NCBI GenBank assembly: GCA_964291295.2
Contig: OZ219754.1
Coordinates: forward strand, 2,816,001-2,880,000
DNA length: 64,000 nucleotides
Reading direction: 5' to 3'
DNA from: an uncultured Candidatus Binatia bacterium
Lineage (GTDB): Bacteria > Desulfobacterota > Binatia > UBA9968 > JAJDTQ01
The notes below the pieces were generated by a model. The model was not told where the DNA came from and ran no database searches. It saw only the letters and a list, made by a program, of their open reading frames with translations. Of the stretch, positions 28,979 through 39,315 are shown piece by piece; position 1 is the first letter of the stretch, and the number at the start of each line of letters is the position of its first letter. Both the position numbers and the translations under genes were made by a program.

Positions 28979-29332
28979 TCAAAGCATGCCGAGCTGCAGC
29001 TTGGCCGCGTCCGACATGAGCCCGATATCCCAAGGCGGCTCCCAGACCACCTCGACGTGCACGTCCTTGACGCCGTCCACCGCCCGGACCTTCTCTTCCA
29101 CCTCCATGGGAAGAGACTGGGCGGCGGGGCAGTTGGGTGCGGTGAGGGTCATGGAAATGGACGCATTGCCGAGGGGGTCCACCTCCACGCCGTAGATCAG
29201 GCCCATTTCGTAGATGTTGACCGGCACCTCGGGGTCGTAGCAAGTCTGCAAGGCCTCGATGACCCGCCTCTCCATCTCTTTCTGGTCGGCAATCGTTTCC
29301 ACGAATGTCTCGCGCTCCGCTATTTGTCTCAC
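28979..29332 (-). CDS. sufT: DUF59 / SufT Fe-S assembly protein
   Basis: DPE.PVNIYEMGLIY, MTLTAPNCP, VWEPPW. Confidence 0.9.
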   Translation of the reverse strand: MRQIAERETFVETIADQKEMERRVIEALQTCYDPEVPVNIYEMGLIYGVEVDPLGNASISMTLTAPNCPAAQSLPMEVEEKVRAVDGVKDVHVEVVWEPPWDIGLMSDAAKLQLGML

Positions 29333-29338
29333 GCACCG

Positions 29339-29791
29339 CTACTCGGTGCTGACCGCTCCGTCCGCGCCATCAAGGGCGGCGCGCAGGGTGTGCCATGCCA
29401 GCGTAGCGCACTTGACGCGCGAGGGATAGGCCCGGACGCCGGCAAAGGCCGCCAGCTTGCCCATGCCGGGGAGATCGGACTCCCTTCCATCGTCGCCCGC
29501 CACCATCTGATGGAACCGCTCGAACAGGCTCTCGGCGTGCTCGCGCGTCTGCCGCTTCACGCTCTCGGTCATGACCGACGCGGAGGCGATGGAGATGGCG
29601 CAGCCCGTGCCCTCGAACCGGACCTCCTTCACCGCGCCGTCTTCCACCTGCAGGTGGATGGTGATCTTGTCACCGCACAGAGGATTGAGACCCCGGGCGC
29701 TTCGATTGGCCGCCGCCAGCGGACCGAAGTTCCGCGGCCGGCGGTTGTGATCCAGGATCAACTCCTGGTAGAGCTCCCGGAGATCAGACAC
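29339..29791 (-). CDS. sufU: SufU/NifU-like sulfur-transfer protein
   Basis: LYQELILDH..RPRN, NPLCGD, GCAIS.ASAS, RVKCATLAW. GTG 29791 overlaps the end of sufS. Confidence 0.92.
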   Translation of the reverse strand: MSDLRELYQELILDHNRRPRNFGPLAAANRSARGLNPLCGDKITIHLQVEDGAVKEVRFEGTGCAISIASASVMTESVKRQTREHAESLFERFHQMVAGDDGRESDLPGMGKLAAFAGVRAYPSRVKCATLAWHTLRAALDGADGAVSTE

Positions 29792-31055
29792 CGCCGAACA
29801 GCCTCCGTACCGTTTCCAGAGCGTCGGCCAGCAGATCCACCTCGGCCTCCGTGTTGTAGCATGCGAAGGAGACGCGGACGGTGGCGGGAACGCCGAACCG
29901 CTCCATGACCGGCATGGCGCAGTGATGGCCGGCCCGCACCGCGATCCCCTGCTGGTCGAGGACCGTGCCGATGTCATGGGCGTGGATGTCGTCCAGGACG
30001 AACGACACCAGGGAGGCCCGGCGACCGGGCGTCCCCACCAGCCGCACGCCGGGAATCCGGACGAGCCGCTCCACGGCATGCGCCACCACCCGGTCCTCGT
30101 GGCGCGCCACCGTCTTCAGGCCCAGTCCGGTCAGGTACTCCACCGCCGCCCCCAGTCCGACCACACCGGCGATATTCGGTGTCCCGGCCTCGAACTTGTA
30201 GGGCAGCACATTGTACTCGGTCTCCTCGAAGCTGACCGAGAGGATCATGTCACCACCGCCCTGATAGGGTGGCATCTCTTCCAGCAGACCGGCCTTGCCG
30301 TAGAGCACCCCGACACCGGTGGGGCCATAGAGCTTGTGGCCGGAGAAGGCGTAGAAGTCGCAGTCGAGGTCCCGGACGTCCACCGTCATGTGCGGCACCG
30401 CCTGGGCACCGTCCACCAGCACCGGAACGCCGGCTCCACGGGCAGCCGCGATCATCTGCTTGACGGGGTTCACCGTTCCCAGGGCGTTGGAAACATGGGG
30501 CACCGCCAACAGCCGCGTCCTGGGACCCAGGAGCCGGTGGAACCGGTCCATCACCAGATCGCCGTCATCGTCCACCGGAATCACCCGCAGCGCCGCCCCC
30601 CTCTCGCGACAGATGAGCTGCCAGGGAACGATGTTGGAGTGATGCTCCATGGCGGAGACGACCACCTCGTCGCCGGCCTGCAGATGCGTACCGCCGTAGC
30701 ACCGGGCCACCAGGTTGATGGCCTCGGTGGTACCGCGGACAAAGACGATCTCCCGGTCCTCGGCGGCATTGAGAAACTTCCGGACCGTCGTCCTCGCCCC
30801 TTCATAGGCGCGCGTCGCCATCTCGCTCAGCCGGTGAACGCCTCGATGAATGTTGGCATTCTCGGTCTCGTAGTACTGCGCAACGCGCCGGATCACCGCC
30901 CGCGGCTTCTGGGCCGTCGCCGCGTTGTCGAGGTAGACCAGCGGCCTGCCGTGAACGGTCTGGTCGAGAACGGGAAAATCCTCCCGTACCCGCATCACGT
31001 CGAAGCCGTTTGCCGGCTTCCGCCAATCTGCCTTCGTGGCGTATCGCATCTTCAT
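29784..31055 (-). CDS. sufS: Cysteine desulfurase
   Basis: YLDNAAT.QKP, EHHSN, SGHK, RAGHHCA. Confidence 0.96.
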   Translation of the reverse strand: MKMRYATKADWRKPANGFDVMRVREDFPVLDQTVHGRPLVYLDNAATAQKPRAVIRRVAQYYETENANIHRGVHRLSEMATRAYEGARTTVRKFLNAAEDREIVFVRGTTEAINLVARCYGGTHLQAGDEVVVSAMEHHSNIVPWQLICRERGAALRVIPVDDDGDLVMDRFHRLLGPRTRLLAVPHVSNALGTVNPVKQMIAAARGAGVPVLVDGAQAVPHMTVDVRDLDCDFYAFSGHKLYGPTGVGVLYGKAGLLEEMPPYQGGGDMILSVSFEETEYNVLPYKFEAGTPNIAGVVGLGAAVEYLTGLGLKTVARHEDRVVAHAVERLVRIPGVRLVGTPGRRASLVSFVLDDIHAHDIGTVLDQQGIAVRAGHHCAMPVMERFGVPATVRVSFACYNTEAEVDLLADALETVRRLFGGV

Positions 31056-31142
31056 TGCCGCATCTTCACTTTTGCCTGGTCGGCCGCGCGCCGGCCCGAA
31101 GCCGGCCGCGGCGCCCCACCGCGTTCCGGTCAGCCTTTCCGG

Positions 31143-32438
31143 TCAGCCTCCCAAGTCCGAGAACACCCGGTCCGCGATGCCGGCGCGCAATGGCTCGATG
31201 GCGACGACGTCGAGGACTTCGCTGGCGAACCCCTGGACCAGCAACTCCCTGGCCCGCATCTCGTTCAGGCCTCGCGAGCGCAGGTAGAAGAGCTCGTCCG
31301 CTTCGAGCTGTCCGATGGTGGTTCCGTGGGAACAGCGGACGTCGTCGGCCAGGATCTCCAACTGCGGTTTGCTGTCGACTTCCGCGTCCCGGGACAGCAG
31401 GAGATTCTTGTTGGACTGCTGCGCGTCGGTCTTCCGGGCCTCCTTGTGCACGATGACCTTGCCGTTGAACACCCCCCTGGAGCGTCCGCTCAACACCCCC
31501 TTGTAGAGCTCGCGGCTGGTGCCGTGGGGCCTGGCGTGCTCCACGGTGGTGCGTTGGTCCACGTGCTGCGCTCCACCCGCCACGGAGAGGCCGTGAAGCA
31601 GGCAGTCGGCCCCCTCGCCGTCGAGCCGCGCATTGATCTCCACCCGGGTCATGGCGCCGCCGGAGGTGACGGAAAGCGACCGATAGCGGCTGTTGCGTGC
31701 CTGGCGCACCTGGACCGTGCCGATGTGGAACGCCCCGGCGCCTTCGCGCAGCAGCCGGTAGTGATCGAGTTCGGCATTGTCCTCCAGGACGACCTCGGTG
31801 ACCGCGTTGGTGCAGTAGGGCGCGTCGCCCGACCCGGCATAGGTTTCCACCAGCGTGAGCCGGCTGCCGGCGCCCACCACCACCAGGGTCCGGGGGTGCC
31901 GCATGCGGTTGGATACCTGCCCGGGATCGGCGAGAAAGGCCAGGTGCACGGGACGGTCCAGAACCCGGTCCGGACCGACGCACACTGCGCCGCCGTCCTC
32001 CAGAAAGGCGGTATTGAGCGCCCGCAGCGCATGGCCGTCGTAGTCCGCGTGGCGCGCGAGATGCGCTTCCACCCAGGGTGGCGGACGGTCCAGGGCGGCG
32101 GCCAGGCGTCCGATGAACAGACCCTCTTCACCCGCGTCCGCGCCGTCATGCGACGGGAATGTCAGCGCGTGGCGCTCCCAGCCGCCCGCGTCGAAGGGAT
32201 CCCGGCCCCGCGCCAGGCCCGTCTCCGGAGCGTCCGCCATGCGCAGGCGCGCCTTTCGCAGTCCCTCAAGGCTCGTGTACTTCCATTCCTCGTCCCGGGT
32301 CGACGGAAAGCCCAGAAGGCGGAAGCGATCCATGGCCCGACGGCGCAGATCGCCGGTCCAGCCGTTGCCCGGCACCCGCGCCATGAGCTTCTCGAAGTCG
32401 TTCTCGAAGTCGTCGAGACAGCCCTGTGCCCCGATCAT
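31143..32438 (-). CDS. sufD: Fe-S assembly protein SufD
   Basis: E.WKYT, KPQLEI.ADDV.CSHG, FYLRSRG. Confidence 0.94.
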   Translation of the reverse strand: MIGAQGCLDDFENDFEKLMARVPGNGWTGDLRRRAMDRFRLLGFPSTRDEEWKYTSLEGLRKARLRMADAPETGLARGRDPFDAGGWERHALTFPSHDGADAGEEGLFIGRLAAALDRPPPWVEAHLARHADYDGHALRALNTAFLEDGGAVCVGPDRVLDRPVHLAFLADPGQVSNRMRHPRTLVVVGAGSRLTLVETYAGSGDAPYCTNAVTEVVLEDNAELDHYRLLREGAGAFHIGTVQVRQARNSRYRSLSVTSGGAMTRVEINARLDGEGADCLLHGLSVAGGAQHVDQRTTVEHARPHGTSRELYKGVLSGRSRGVFNGKVIVHKEARKTDAQQSNKNLLLSRDAEVDSKPQLEILADDVRCSHGTTIGQLEADELFYLRSRGLNEMRARELLVQGFASEVLDVVAIEPLRAGIADRVFSDLGG

Positions 32439-33220
32439 GCCCCCGGTCTCCGGTCCGCCGCCGCGCCCCCTCCGGCGGTCTCCTCCTCCACCCAGGAATA
32501 GCCGGTGTCCTCCAGCTCCCGGGCCAGCTCCCTGCCGCCGGACTTCACCAGGCATCCGTTGTGGATGACGTGGACCCTGTCGGGCACCACGTGGTTGAGC
32601 AGCCGCTGGTAGTGGGTCACGAGAATGATGGCCCGCTCGGGGCTCCGAAAGAGATTGATGCCGTGGGCCACCACCTTGAGGGCGTCGATGTCCAGGCCCG
32701 AGTCGGTCTCGTCCAGGATCGCCAGGGTGGGCTCCAGCATGGTCATCTGGAATATCTCGGCGCGTTTCTTCTCGCCGCCCGAGAAGCCGGCATTCACCGG
32801 GCGCCGCAGCAGATCCTCGCCCATCTCCACCGCCTGCATCCTCTCCCTGGCCAAGGCCATGAAGTCCACCGCGTCCAGTTCCTCCTCGCCGCGGTGGGTG
32901 CGTGCCGCGTTGACCGCGGCGCGCAGGAAATAGAGGCTGTTGAGGCCGGGAATCTCCACCGGATATTGAAAGCCCAGGAAGATGCCCTCCACCGCCCGCA
33001 GTTCCGGGGCCATGCCGAGCAGGTCCCGCCCCTTGTAGAGGACTTCTCCGGCGGTCACCTCGTAGGTGTCCCGGCCGGCCAGCACCTGGGCCAGGGTGCT
33101 CTTGCCCGAGCCATTGGGTCCCATGATCGCGTGGATCTCGCCCGCTCCCACCGTCAGGTCGATGCCGCGGAGGATCTCCCTGCCTTCAACCCGCGCGTGC
33201 AGATTCCGAACTTCAAGCAT
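32435..33220 (-). CDS. sufC: Fe-S assembly ATPase SufC
   Basis: GPNGSGKS, FQYPVEIPG, FSGGEKKR, LDETDSGLD, THYQRLL. Confidence 0.96.
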   Translation of the reverse strand: MLEVRNLHARVEGREILRGIDLTVGAGEIHAIMGPNGSGKSTLAQVLAGRDTYEVTAGEVLYKGRDLLGMAPELRAVEGIFLGFQYPVEIPGLNSLYFLRAAVNAARTHRGEEELDAVDFMALARERMQAVEMGEDLLRRPVNAGFSGGEKKRAEIFQMTMLEPTLAILDETDSGLDIDALKVVAHGINLFRSPERAIILVTHYQRLLNHVVPDRVHVIHNGCLVKSGGRELARELEDTGYSWVEEETAGGGAAADRRPGA

Positions 33221-33237
33221 TCCTTGCACTCCGCCGT

Positions 33238-34686
33238 TCAACCGACGCTGCCTTCAAGGCTGACCCCGAGGAGCTTCTGGGCCTCCACGGCGAACTCCAT
33301 CGGCAGTTCACCGAAGACTTCACGGCAAAAGCCGTTGACGATCATGGCCACGGCGTCCTCTTCCCTGATGCCGCGCTGCCGGCAATAGAAGATCTGGTCC
33401 TCGCCGATCTTCGAAGTCGACGCCTCGTGTTCGATGTGAGCCGAGTTGTTCTTCACCTCCAGATAGGGAAACGTGTGCGCGCCGCATTGGCTGCCCATCA
33501 GCAGGGAATCGCACTGGGAGTAGTTGCGGGCGTTGGCCGCGCCCTTGAGCACCTTCACCAGGCCGCGGTAGCTGTTCTGGCCATGGCCGGCCGAGATTCC
33601 CTTGGACACGATGGTGCTGCGGGTGTTCCTCCCCGCGTGGATCATCTTGGTGCCGGTATCCGCCTGCTGGTGGTTGTTGGTCACGGCCACGGAGTAGAAC
33701 TCTCCCACCGAATCGTCCCCCAGCAGGATGCAGCTCGGGTACTTCCAGGTGATGGCCGACCCGGTCTCCACCTGGGTCCACGAGATCCGGGAGTTCCGAC
33801 CTGCGCACTTTCCCCGCTTGGTGACGAAGTTGTAGATGCCGCCCTTGCCGTCCTTGTCGCCGGGGTACCAGTTCTGCACCGTGGAGTACCGGATCCGGGC
33901 GTCTTCCAGCGCCACCAGCTCCACCACCGCAGCGTGGAGCTGATTCTCATCCCGCATCGGTGCGGTGCAGCCCTCCAGATAACTCACGTAGCTGCCGGCG
34001 TCGGCGACGATCAGGGTGCGCTCGAACTGACCGGTCTGGGCGGCGTTGATGCGGAAATAGGTCGACAACTCCATCGGACAGCGCACGCCCGGGGGAATGT
34101 AGCAGAACGACCCGTCGCTGAAGACCGCCGAGTTGAGCGACGCGAAGAAGTTGTCGCTGTAAGGCACCACCGAGCCCAGGTAACGGCGCACCAGCTCCGG
34201 GTGTTCCCGCACCGCCTCGGAGAACGAGCAGAAGATGATGCCCAGGTCCGCCAGCTTGTCCTTGAAGGTCGTGGCCACGGAGACGCTGTCGAAAACCGCG
34301 TCCACCGCGACGCCGGCCAGCGCCTCGCGCTCGTTCAGGGGAATTCCCAGTTTCTCGTAGGTGGCCAGCAACTCCGGGTCGACTTCATCCAGGCTCTTGG
34401 GAGCCTCCTTCTTCGCCTTGGGCGCCGAGTAGTAGATGATGTCCTGATAGTCGATGGCTGGATAGTGAATGTTGGCCCACCTGGGCTCGGCCTCGGCCTT
34501 CTCGAGCTTCGTCCAGTAACGGTAGGCCTTGAGACGCCAGTCCCGCAGCCACTCGGGCTCACCCTTCTTCTCGGAGATCAGCCGGACCACGGCCTCGCTC
34601 AGGCCGGGCGGCACATCGTCGGCTTCGATATCGGTGACAAAGCCGTACTTGTAGTCACTGCTGACCAACTCGTTGTCGAGTTCCAT
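33238..34686 (-). CDS. sufB: Fe-S assembly protein SufB
   Basis: [39 protein letters not shown]. Start trimmed to ATG 34686. Confidence 0.97.
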   Translation of the reverse strand: MELDNELVSSDYKYGFVTDIEADDVPPGLSEAVVRLISEKKGEPEWLRDWRLKAYRYWTKLEKAEAEPRWANIHYPAIDYQDIIYYSAPKAKKEAPKSLDEVDPELLATYEKLGIPLNEREALAGVAVDAVFDSVSVATTFKDKLADLGIIFCSFSEAVREHPELVRRYLGSVVPYSDNFFASLNSAVFSDGSFCYIPPGVRCPMELSTYFRINAAQTGQFERTLIVADAGSYVSYLEGCTAPMRDENQLHAAVVELVALEDARIRYSTVQNWYPGDKDGKGGIYNFVTKRGKCAGRNSRISWTQVETGSAITWKYPSCILLGDDSVGEFYSVAVTNNHQQADTGTKMIHAGRNTRSTIVSKGISAGHGQNSYRGLVKVLKGAANARNYSQCDSLLMGSQCGAHTFPYLEVKNNSAHIEHEASTSKIGEDQIFYCRQRGIREEDAVAMIVNGFCREVFGELPMEFAVEAQKLLGVSLEGSVG

Positions 34687-34745
34687 GTCTCTCCGTTTCT
34701 TCACGCCGGGGGTGGCCTGCACCGGTCCGGTCCGGCGTGTGCAGT

Positions 34746-35183
34746 TCAACTGTCCAGGCGATTCAACCGGCCCTTGAGGCCCTCCTGGTCCGCGATGCTG
34801 CCGATGGAGATCCCCGCCAGGTAATCCGCCAGCAACATCTGCGCCCTCTCCCACACGGAAATCTGCGTACACACCGCGTCGTAGGCGCAGCGATGGTCCC
34901 GTTCCAGGCAGGCCATCAGGGTCAACGGTTTCTCCACCGCCTCGTAGACCTGCTTGAGGTTGATGGCCTCCGGGTGCCGCGCCAGGCTGAAACCGCCCTT
35001 CCGGCCCACGTGGGAACGCACCAGACCCGCCGCCGCCAGCTCCTTCATGATCTTCGACATGTAATGCGCCGGAATGTCCTGCCGCCGGGCGATCTCCTTG
35101 CTGCCGACCACCCACAGATGCGGGCGGGCCGCCAGATACGACAGCGCCCGCACGGCGTAGTCCACCTTCCTGCCGATGTTCAT
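34746..35183 (-). CDS. Rrf2 family Fe-S-binding transcriptional regulator (IscR/SufR-like)
   Basis: DYAVRAL, wHTH LVRS..G.KGGF.LAR, three Cys ([14 protein letters not shown]); heads the suf operon. Confidence 0.92.
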   Translation of the reverse strand: MNIGRKVDYAVRALSYLAARPHLWVVGSKEIARRQDIPAHYMSKIMKELAAAGLVRSHVGRKGGFSLARHPEAINLKQVYEAVEKPLTLMACLERDHRCAYDAVCTQISVWERAQMLLADYLAGISIGSIADQEGLKGRLNRLDS

Positions 35184-35322
35184 CAGCGAGCTTCGGTCGG
35201 CCGCGGCCCTGGCGGTATTCACAGCGGTTTCCTGCATGCCGGCTCCCCGGGCGAATGGAACCCTGTCACCGTGACAGCGCGTGACAGTGCTTCGACGCGC
35301 AGTGCTTCGACGCGCCCGGAAT

Positions 35323-35355
35323 TTAAATATAGACTCAATGCGTCCATATTGTCAA
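35323..35355 (-). promoter_or_regulatory. suf operon promoter overlapped by an Rrf2/IscR-type palindromic operator
   Basis: TTGACA-18 nt-TATATT on the minus strand, overlapped by AATAT-A-GAC-N7-GTC-C-ATATT (35326-35350), which has the IscR type-1-like GAC-N7-GTC core. Confidence 0.7.
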
Positions 35356-35411
35356 ATCGCCTGCGACCCGCTGCCTTGAACGAGCCGAAATCCCCGTGTT
35401 AACAATCTCCG

Positions 35412-35972
35412 ATGGCCATCCTCAAGGTAGCCCGGCTCGGCAATCCGATCCTGCGCACCCCCGCCCGGGAAGTTCCGGCGGGCGATGTCGAACAGCCCGA
35501 TTTCCAGCGGTTTCTCGACGACATGGTCGTCACCATGCGCGACCACGACGGGGTGGGTCTCGCGGCCGTACAGGTCCACGAATCCCGACAGGTGGCGGTG
35601 CTGGAAGTGGCGGACAATCCCCGCTACCCGGGCAAGGGCGCCGTGCCCCTTTCGGTCCTGGTCAATCCGGCCATCACGCCCCTGGGCGACGACACCGAGG
35701 AGGACTGGGAGGGATGTCTGAGCATCCCGGAAATGCGCGGCCGGGTGCCCCGCTACAAGCGGCTGCGGGTGACCGCCCTGGACCGCGAGGGGAATGAACG
35801 CGACTTCATTGCCGAAGGCTTCCACGCCCGGGTCATCCAGCACGAGGTCGACCACCTGCGCGGGCTGGTCTACCTGGACCGCATGCCCGATCTCTCGACG
35901 CTCACCTACCTCACGGAACTGTCGCGCTACCGCGTCAGGTTGGCCCGGCCTGCTCCCCCGCCAGGATCCTGA
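35412..35972 (+). CDS. def: Peptide deformylase
   Basis: GVGLAA.Q, EGCLS, QHEVDHL.G. Confidence 0.96.
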   Translation: MAILKVARLGNPILRTPAREVPAGDVEQPDFQRFLDDMVVTMRDHDGVGLAAVQVHESRQVAVLEVADNPRYPGKGAVPLSVLVNPAITPLGDDTEEDWEGCLSIPEMRGRVPRYKRLRVTALDREGNERDFIAEGFHARVIQHEVDHLRGLVYLDRMPDLSTLTYLTELSRYRVRLARPAPPPGS

Positions 35973-37746
35973 TCTGCAACTCGGACAACTGGCGGCCATC
36001 CACGGCGGTGGGCGCCTCGGTCAGCATGCACACGGCCCGCTGGCTCTTGGGAAACGCGATGACGTCCCGAATGGCGGGCGAATCGCTCAACAGCATGGCC
36101 ATGCGATCGACACCCAAAGCGATGCCGCCATGCGGCGGCGCGCCCAATTCCAGCGCTTCCAGGAGAAATCCGAACTGCTCTTCCACCGTGTCCGGCTTCA
36201 CGTCCAGCAGGGCCAACACCTCCCGCTGCAACTCCGGCGAGTGGATCCGGATACTGCCGCCGCCAAGTTCCATGCCGTTCAGCACCAGATCGTAGGCCCG
36301 GGACCTTGCCCGGTCCGGCTCCTCCTTCAGATACGCCAGGTCTTCCTCGCGAGGCGCCGTGAACGGGTGATGGACGGCGGTGTAGCGGCCCTCCGCCGCC
36401 TTCCATTCCAACAGCGGGAAATCGACGACCCAGCAGAAGGCCTGGAGACTTTCGTCCACCAAGCCGAGCCTCCGGCCCATTTCCAGCCTCAGATTGGCCA
36501 GGCCCTCGTTGACGATGCCCGCGTCGTCGGCCAGCATGAAGAGAGTGTCGCCGGGCTGCGCCTGCATCAGCGTCCTCAGCGACTCCTTCTCGTCCTCGCT
36601 CAGGAACTTGGTCAGCGGCGACTGCCATTCACCCTCGGTCACCTTGATCCAGGCCAGCCCCTTGGCACCGTACCGCCCCACCAGCCCGGTGAGATCGTCC
36701 AGTTCCTTGCGCGACAGGCCGCCGGCTCCCGGCACCCGGAGGCCCTTGACGATGCCGCCGGCCGCCAGGGCGCGAGCGAAGATGGCGACGCCGGAGTCAC
36801 GGAACCGGTCCGACAACTCCACCAATTCCAGGCCGAAGCGGAGATCCGGCTTGTCGGTTCCGTATCGGCCCATGGCCTCGTCCCAACTCAGGCGGGGGAA
36901 CGGCGTCTCCAGCGCGGCCCCCCGGACGTCCCGGAATACCTGCGCCATCATGCCCTCCACCATGGCGAAGATATCCTCGGGCTGCACGAACGACATCTCG
37001 ATGTCGAGCTGGGTGAACTCCGGCTGCCGATCCATGCGCAGGTCCTCGTCCCGGAAACAGCGCACCACCTGAAAGTAGCGGTCCACGCCGCCCACCATGA
37101 GGATCTGCTTGAAGAGCTGGGGCGACTGCGGCAGGGCGTAGAACTTGCCCGGATGGGTCCGGCTGGGCACAAGGTAGTCGCGCGCCCCTTCCGGCGTGCT
37201 CTTGGTAAGCACCGGGGTCTCCACCTCCATGAATGAGAGACCGTTCAGGTGAGCGCGGACGGAGGACAGCATGCGGTGCCGGATCTCCAGAGGGCGCAGG
37301 CTGCGCGGCCGCCTGAGGTCGAGATAACGGTAGCGGAAACGACTGGTTTCGGTGGGCTCCCTCCCGTCATCGACCTGGAACGGCGGAACCCGCGAGGGGT
37401 TGAGCACCCGCAACTCCCGCGCCACCAGCTCCACCGCGCCGGTGGCGATGGCCGGGTTGACCGTTGCTTCGGAACGGCCCACCAGGACCCCCCGGACCGC
37501 CAGCACGTCTTCGGAGCGCACCTGCCGGGCCTTCTCGTGAGCCTCCGGCGTCACCTCGGGATTCACCACCACCTGCACCACGCCGGTACGGTCCCGGAGA
37601 TCGATGAAGAGAAGCCCGCCGTGGTCCCTCAGGGACCGCGTCCAGCCCATCAGGACAAGCTCGCGGCCCACATCGCCCTCGCGCGGTTCGCCGCAACGGC
37701 AGCTTCGCCGCCAGTCACCCATCAGATCGACATTTCTCTTGTTCAC
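35935..37746 (-). CDS. aspS: Aspartyl-tRNA synthetase
   Basis: RDHGGL.FIDLRD, YALPQSPQLFKQ, FRDED, HHPFT, PPHGGIALG.DR. Confidence 0.97.
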   Translation of the reverse strand: MNKRNVDLMGDWRRSCRCGEPREGDVGRELVLMGWTRSLRDHGGLLFIDLRDRTGVVQVVVNPEVTPEAHEKARQVRSEDVLAVRGVLVGRSEATVNPAIATGAVELVARELRVLNPSRVPPFQVDDGREPTETSRFRYRYLDLRRPRSLRPLEIRHRMLSSVRAHLNGLSFMEVETPVLTKSTPEGARDYLVPSRTHPGKFYALPQSPQLFKQILMVGGVDRYFQVVRCFRDEDLRMDRQPEFTQLDIEMSFVQPEDIFAMVEGMMAQVFRDVRGAALETPFPRLSWDEAMGRYGTDKPDLRFGLELVELSDRFRDSGVAIFARALAAGGIVKGLRVPGAGGLSRKELDDLTGLVGRYGAKGLAWIKVTEGEWQSPLTKFLSEDEKESLRTLMQAQPGDTLFMLADDAGIVNEGLANLRLEMGRRLGLVDESLQAFCWVVDFPLLEWKAAEGRYTAVHHPFTAPREEDLAYLKEEPDRARSRAYDLVLNGMELGGGSIRIHSPELQREVLALLDVKPDTVEEQFGFLLEALELGAPPHGGIALGVDRMAMLLSDSPAIRDVIAFPKSQRAVCMLTEAPTAVDGRQLSELQIRILAGEQAGPT

Positions 37747-37750
37747 GTGA

Positions 37751-39040
37751 TTACCCGAAAACCTGGTGCCGCGGCGCGCCCGGACGCCCGGCCAGCCTGT
37801 CGTCGATGTCCGCGAAATCCACCTCGGTCTGTTCCCTTGTCGTCATGTGGCGCATGACGGCCGTGCCCTTCGCCATCTCGTCAGGACCCACGATGAGCAC
37901 CACCCGCGCGCCCAGCTTGCCGGCGCGCCTCATCTGGCTCTTGAGGCTCCTGGCGTCCCCTTCCATATCCACCCGGAGGCCGCGCCGGCGCAGGCGGTGG
38001 GCCAACGCGAACATCCAGCGCCGCGCCTCCGCTCCCATCCACGCCAGATACAGCAGCGGCGCCGCGGCTTCCGTCGCGGCCCCTTCCGCGAGCAGCAGCG
38101 CCAGGCGCTCCACGCCCAGCGCAAAGCCGACCCCGGCCACCGGCGGTCCGCCCAGAGACTTCACCAGGCCGTCGTAACGTCCGCCCGCGGCCACGGTGTT
38201 CTGGCTCCCCAGCCCCGCACCCGCCTTCCATTCGAACGTGGTCCGGCAGTAGTAGTCCAGCCCGCGCACCAGCCTGTCATTGACCACCGGCCCGGGCCGG
38301 AGATCTTTCAGGAGATCCAGAAGCGTCTCGAAGTGCTGCCGGCAGTCCGTGCAAAGATGCGACAGAATCGAGGGAGCCGAAGCCGCGATACCGGCGCAGG
38401 ATTCGCGCTTGCAGTCCAGCACCCGCAGCGGATTGTTCTCCAGACGCCGGTCACAGTCGGCGCACAGCTCCTCCCGGCGCCCTTCCAGGAACGTCACCAG
38501 CGCCGCGCGGTAGACGGGCCGGCATTCGGCGCAGCCGATGGAGTTCACCTCCAGGACCGTGCCGGCCACACCCAGTTCCGCCCACAGGTCCCGCAGCAGC
38601 AGCAGCAGTTCGGCGTCGGCAAAGGGGTCGGTGCGGCCGAACACCTCGGCCCCAATCTGATGGAACTGGCGCAGCCGCCCCTTCTGCGGCCTCTCCCGCC
38701 GGAACATGGGGCCCAGGTACCAGAGCTTTCTCAGCGGCTCCGACTGGTAAAGGTTCCCCTCGACGTAGGCCCGCACCACCCCCGCCGTTCCCTCGGGCCT
38801 CAGGCTCAACAGGGTCGCCCCGGCGTCCCGGTCGGGGAAGGTGTACATCTCCTTCTCGATGACGTCGGTAGTCTCTCCCAGCGAACGGGAGAAGAGTTCC
38901 GACTTCTCCAGGACGGGAATTCGAATCTCCTTGAAGTTGTAGCTGGCAAATACCTGTGCGGCGGCACCCTCGATCCTTTGCCAGACCTTGGCTTCGTCCG
39001 GTCCGACGTCGGCGAATCCCTTGATGCGTGTCACTTTCAT
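37751..39040 (-). CDS. hisS: Histidyl-tRNA synthetase
   Basis: LRPEGTA, MFR.ERPQKGR.RQFHQ, LVRGLDYY, GGRYD. Confidence 0.97.
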   Translation of the reverse strand: MKVTRIKGFADVGPDEAKVWQRIEGAAAQVFASYNFKEIRIPVLEKSELFSRSLGETTDVIEKEMYTFPDRDAGATLLSLRPEGTAGVVRAYVEGNLYQSEPLRKLWYLGPMFRRERPQKGRLRQFHQIGAEVFGRTDPFADAELLLLLRDLWAELGVAGTVLEVNSIGCAECRPVYRAALVTFLEGRREELCADCDRRLENNPLRVLDCKRESCAGIAASAPSILSHLCTDCRQHFETLLDLLKDLRPGPVVNDRLVRGLDYYCRTTFEWKAGAGLGSQNTVAAGGRYDGLVKSLGGPPVAGVGFALGVERLALLLAEGAATEAAAPLLYLAWMGAEARRWMFALAHRLRRRGLRVDMEGDARSLKSQMRRAGKLGARVVLIVGPDEMAKGTAVMRHMTTREQTEVDFADIDDRLAGRPGAPRHQVFG

Positions 39041-39315
39041 AAGCACCCCCGAACGGGCGCCCGCATGGTTGCCATAAGGAGAGTCGGTGACCGGTGACAG
39101 GAAGAATTGTGCGCGCATTGTGCGCGCATTGTACGCGCGGAGGGTACGCGCGAAAGGCGGCGGCGTATGCACGGGCGTGTGCGGCCTGCCTTCCACCACA
39201 GGGCCTAACAGAGGCACCCCTGAAAGTCAACAAAGCCCCTCCCGTGAATCCGCGCTTCGCAGGGGAAGACGGCGGGGGTCCCGCTGCGCGAAAGCCGAAA
39301 AGACCCCTGCGGGAA

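Noticed and set aside
33238-35115. Apparent Rrf2-SufB fusion or extended SufB
   Set aside because: Rrf2 is in a different frame with its own stop; SufB starts at 34686 after an RBS.
39041-39315. T-box or attenuator upstream of hisS-aspS
   Set aside because: No T-box consensus or His-rich leader peptide seen; only short tandem repeats and a weak promoter-like motif.
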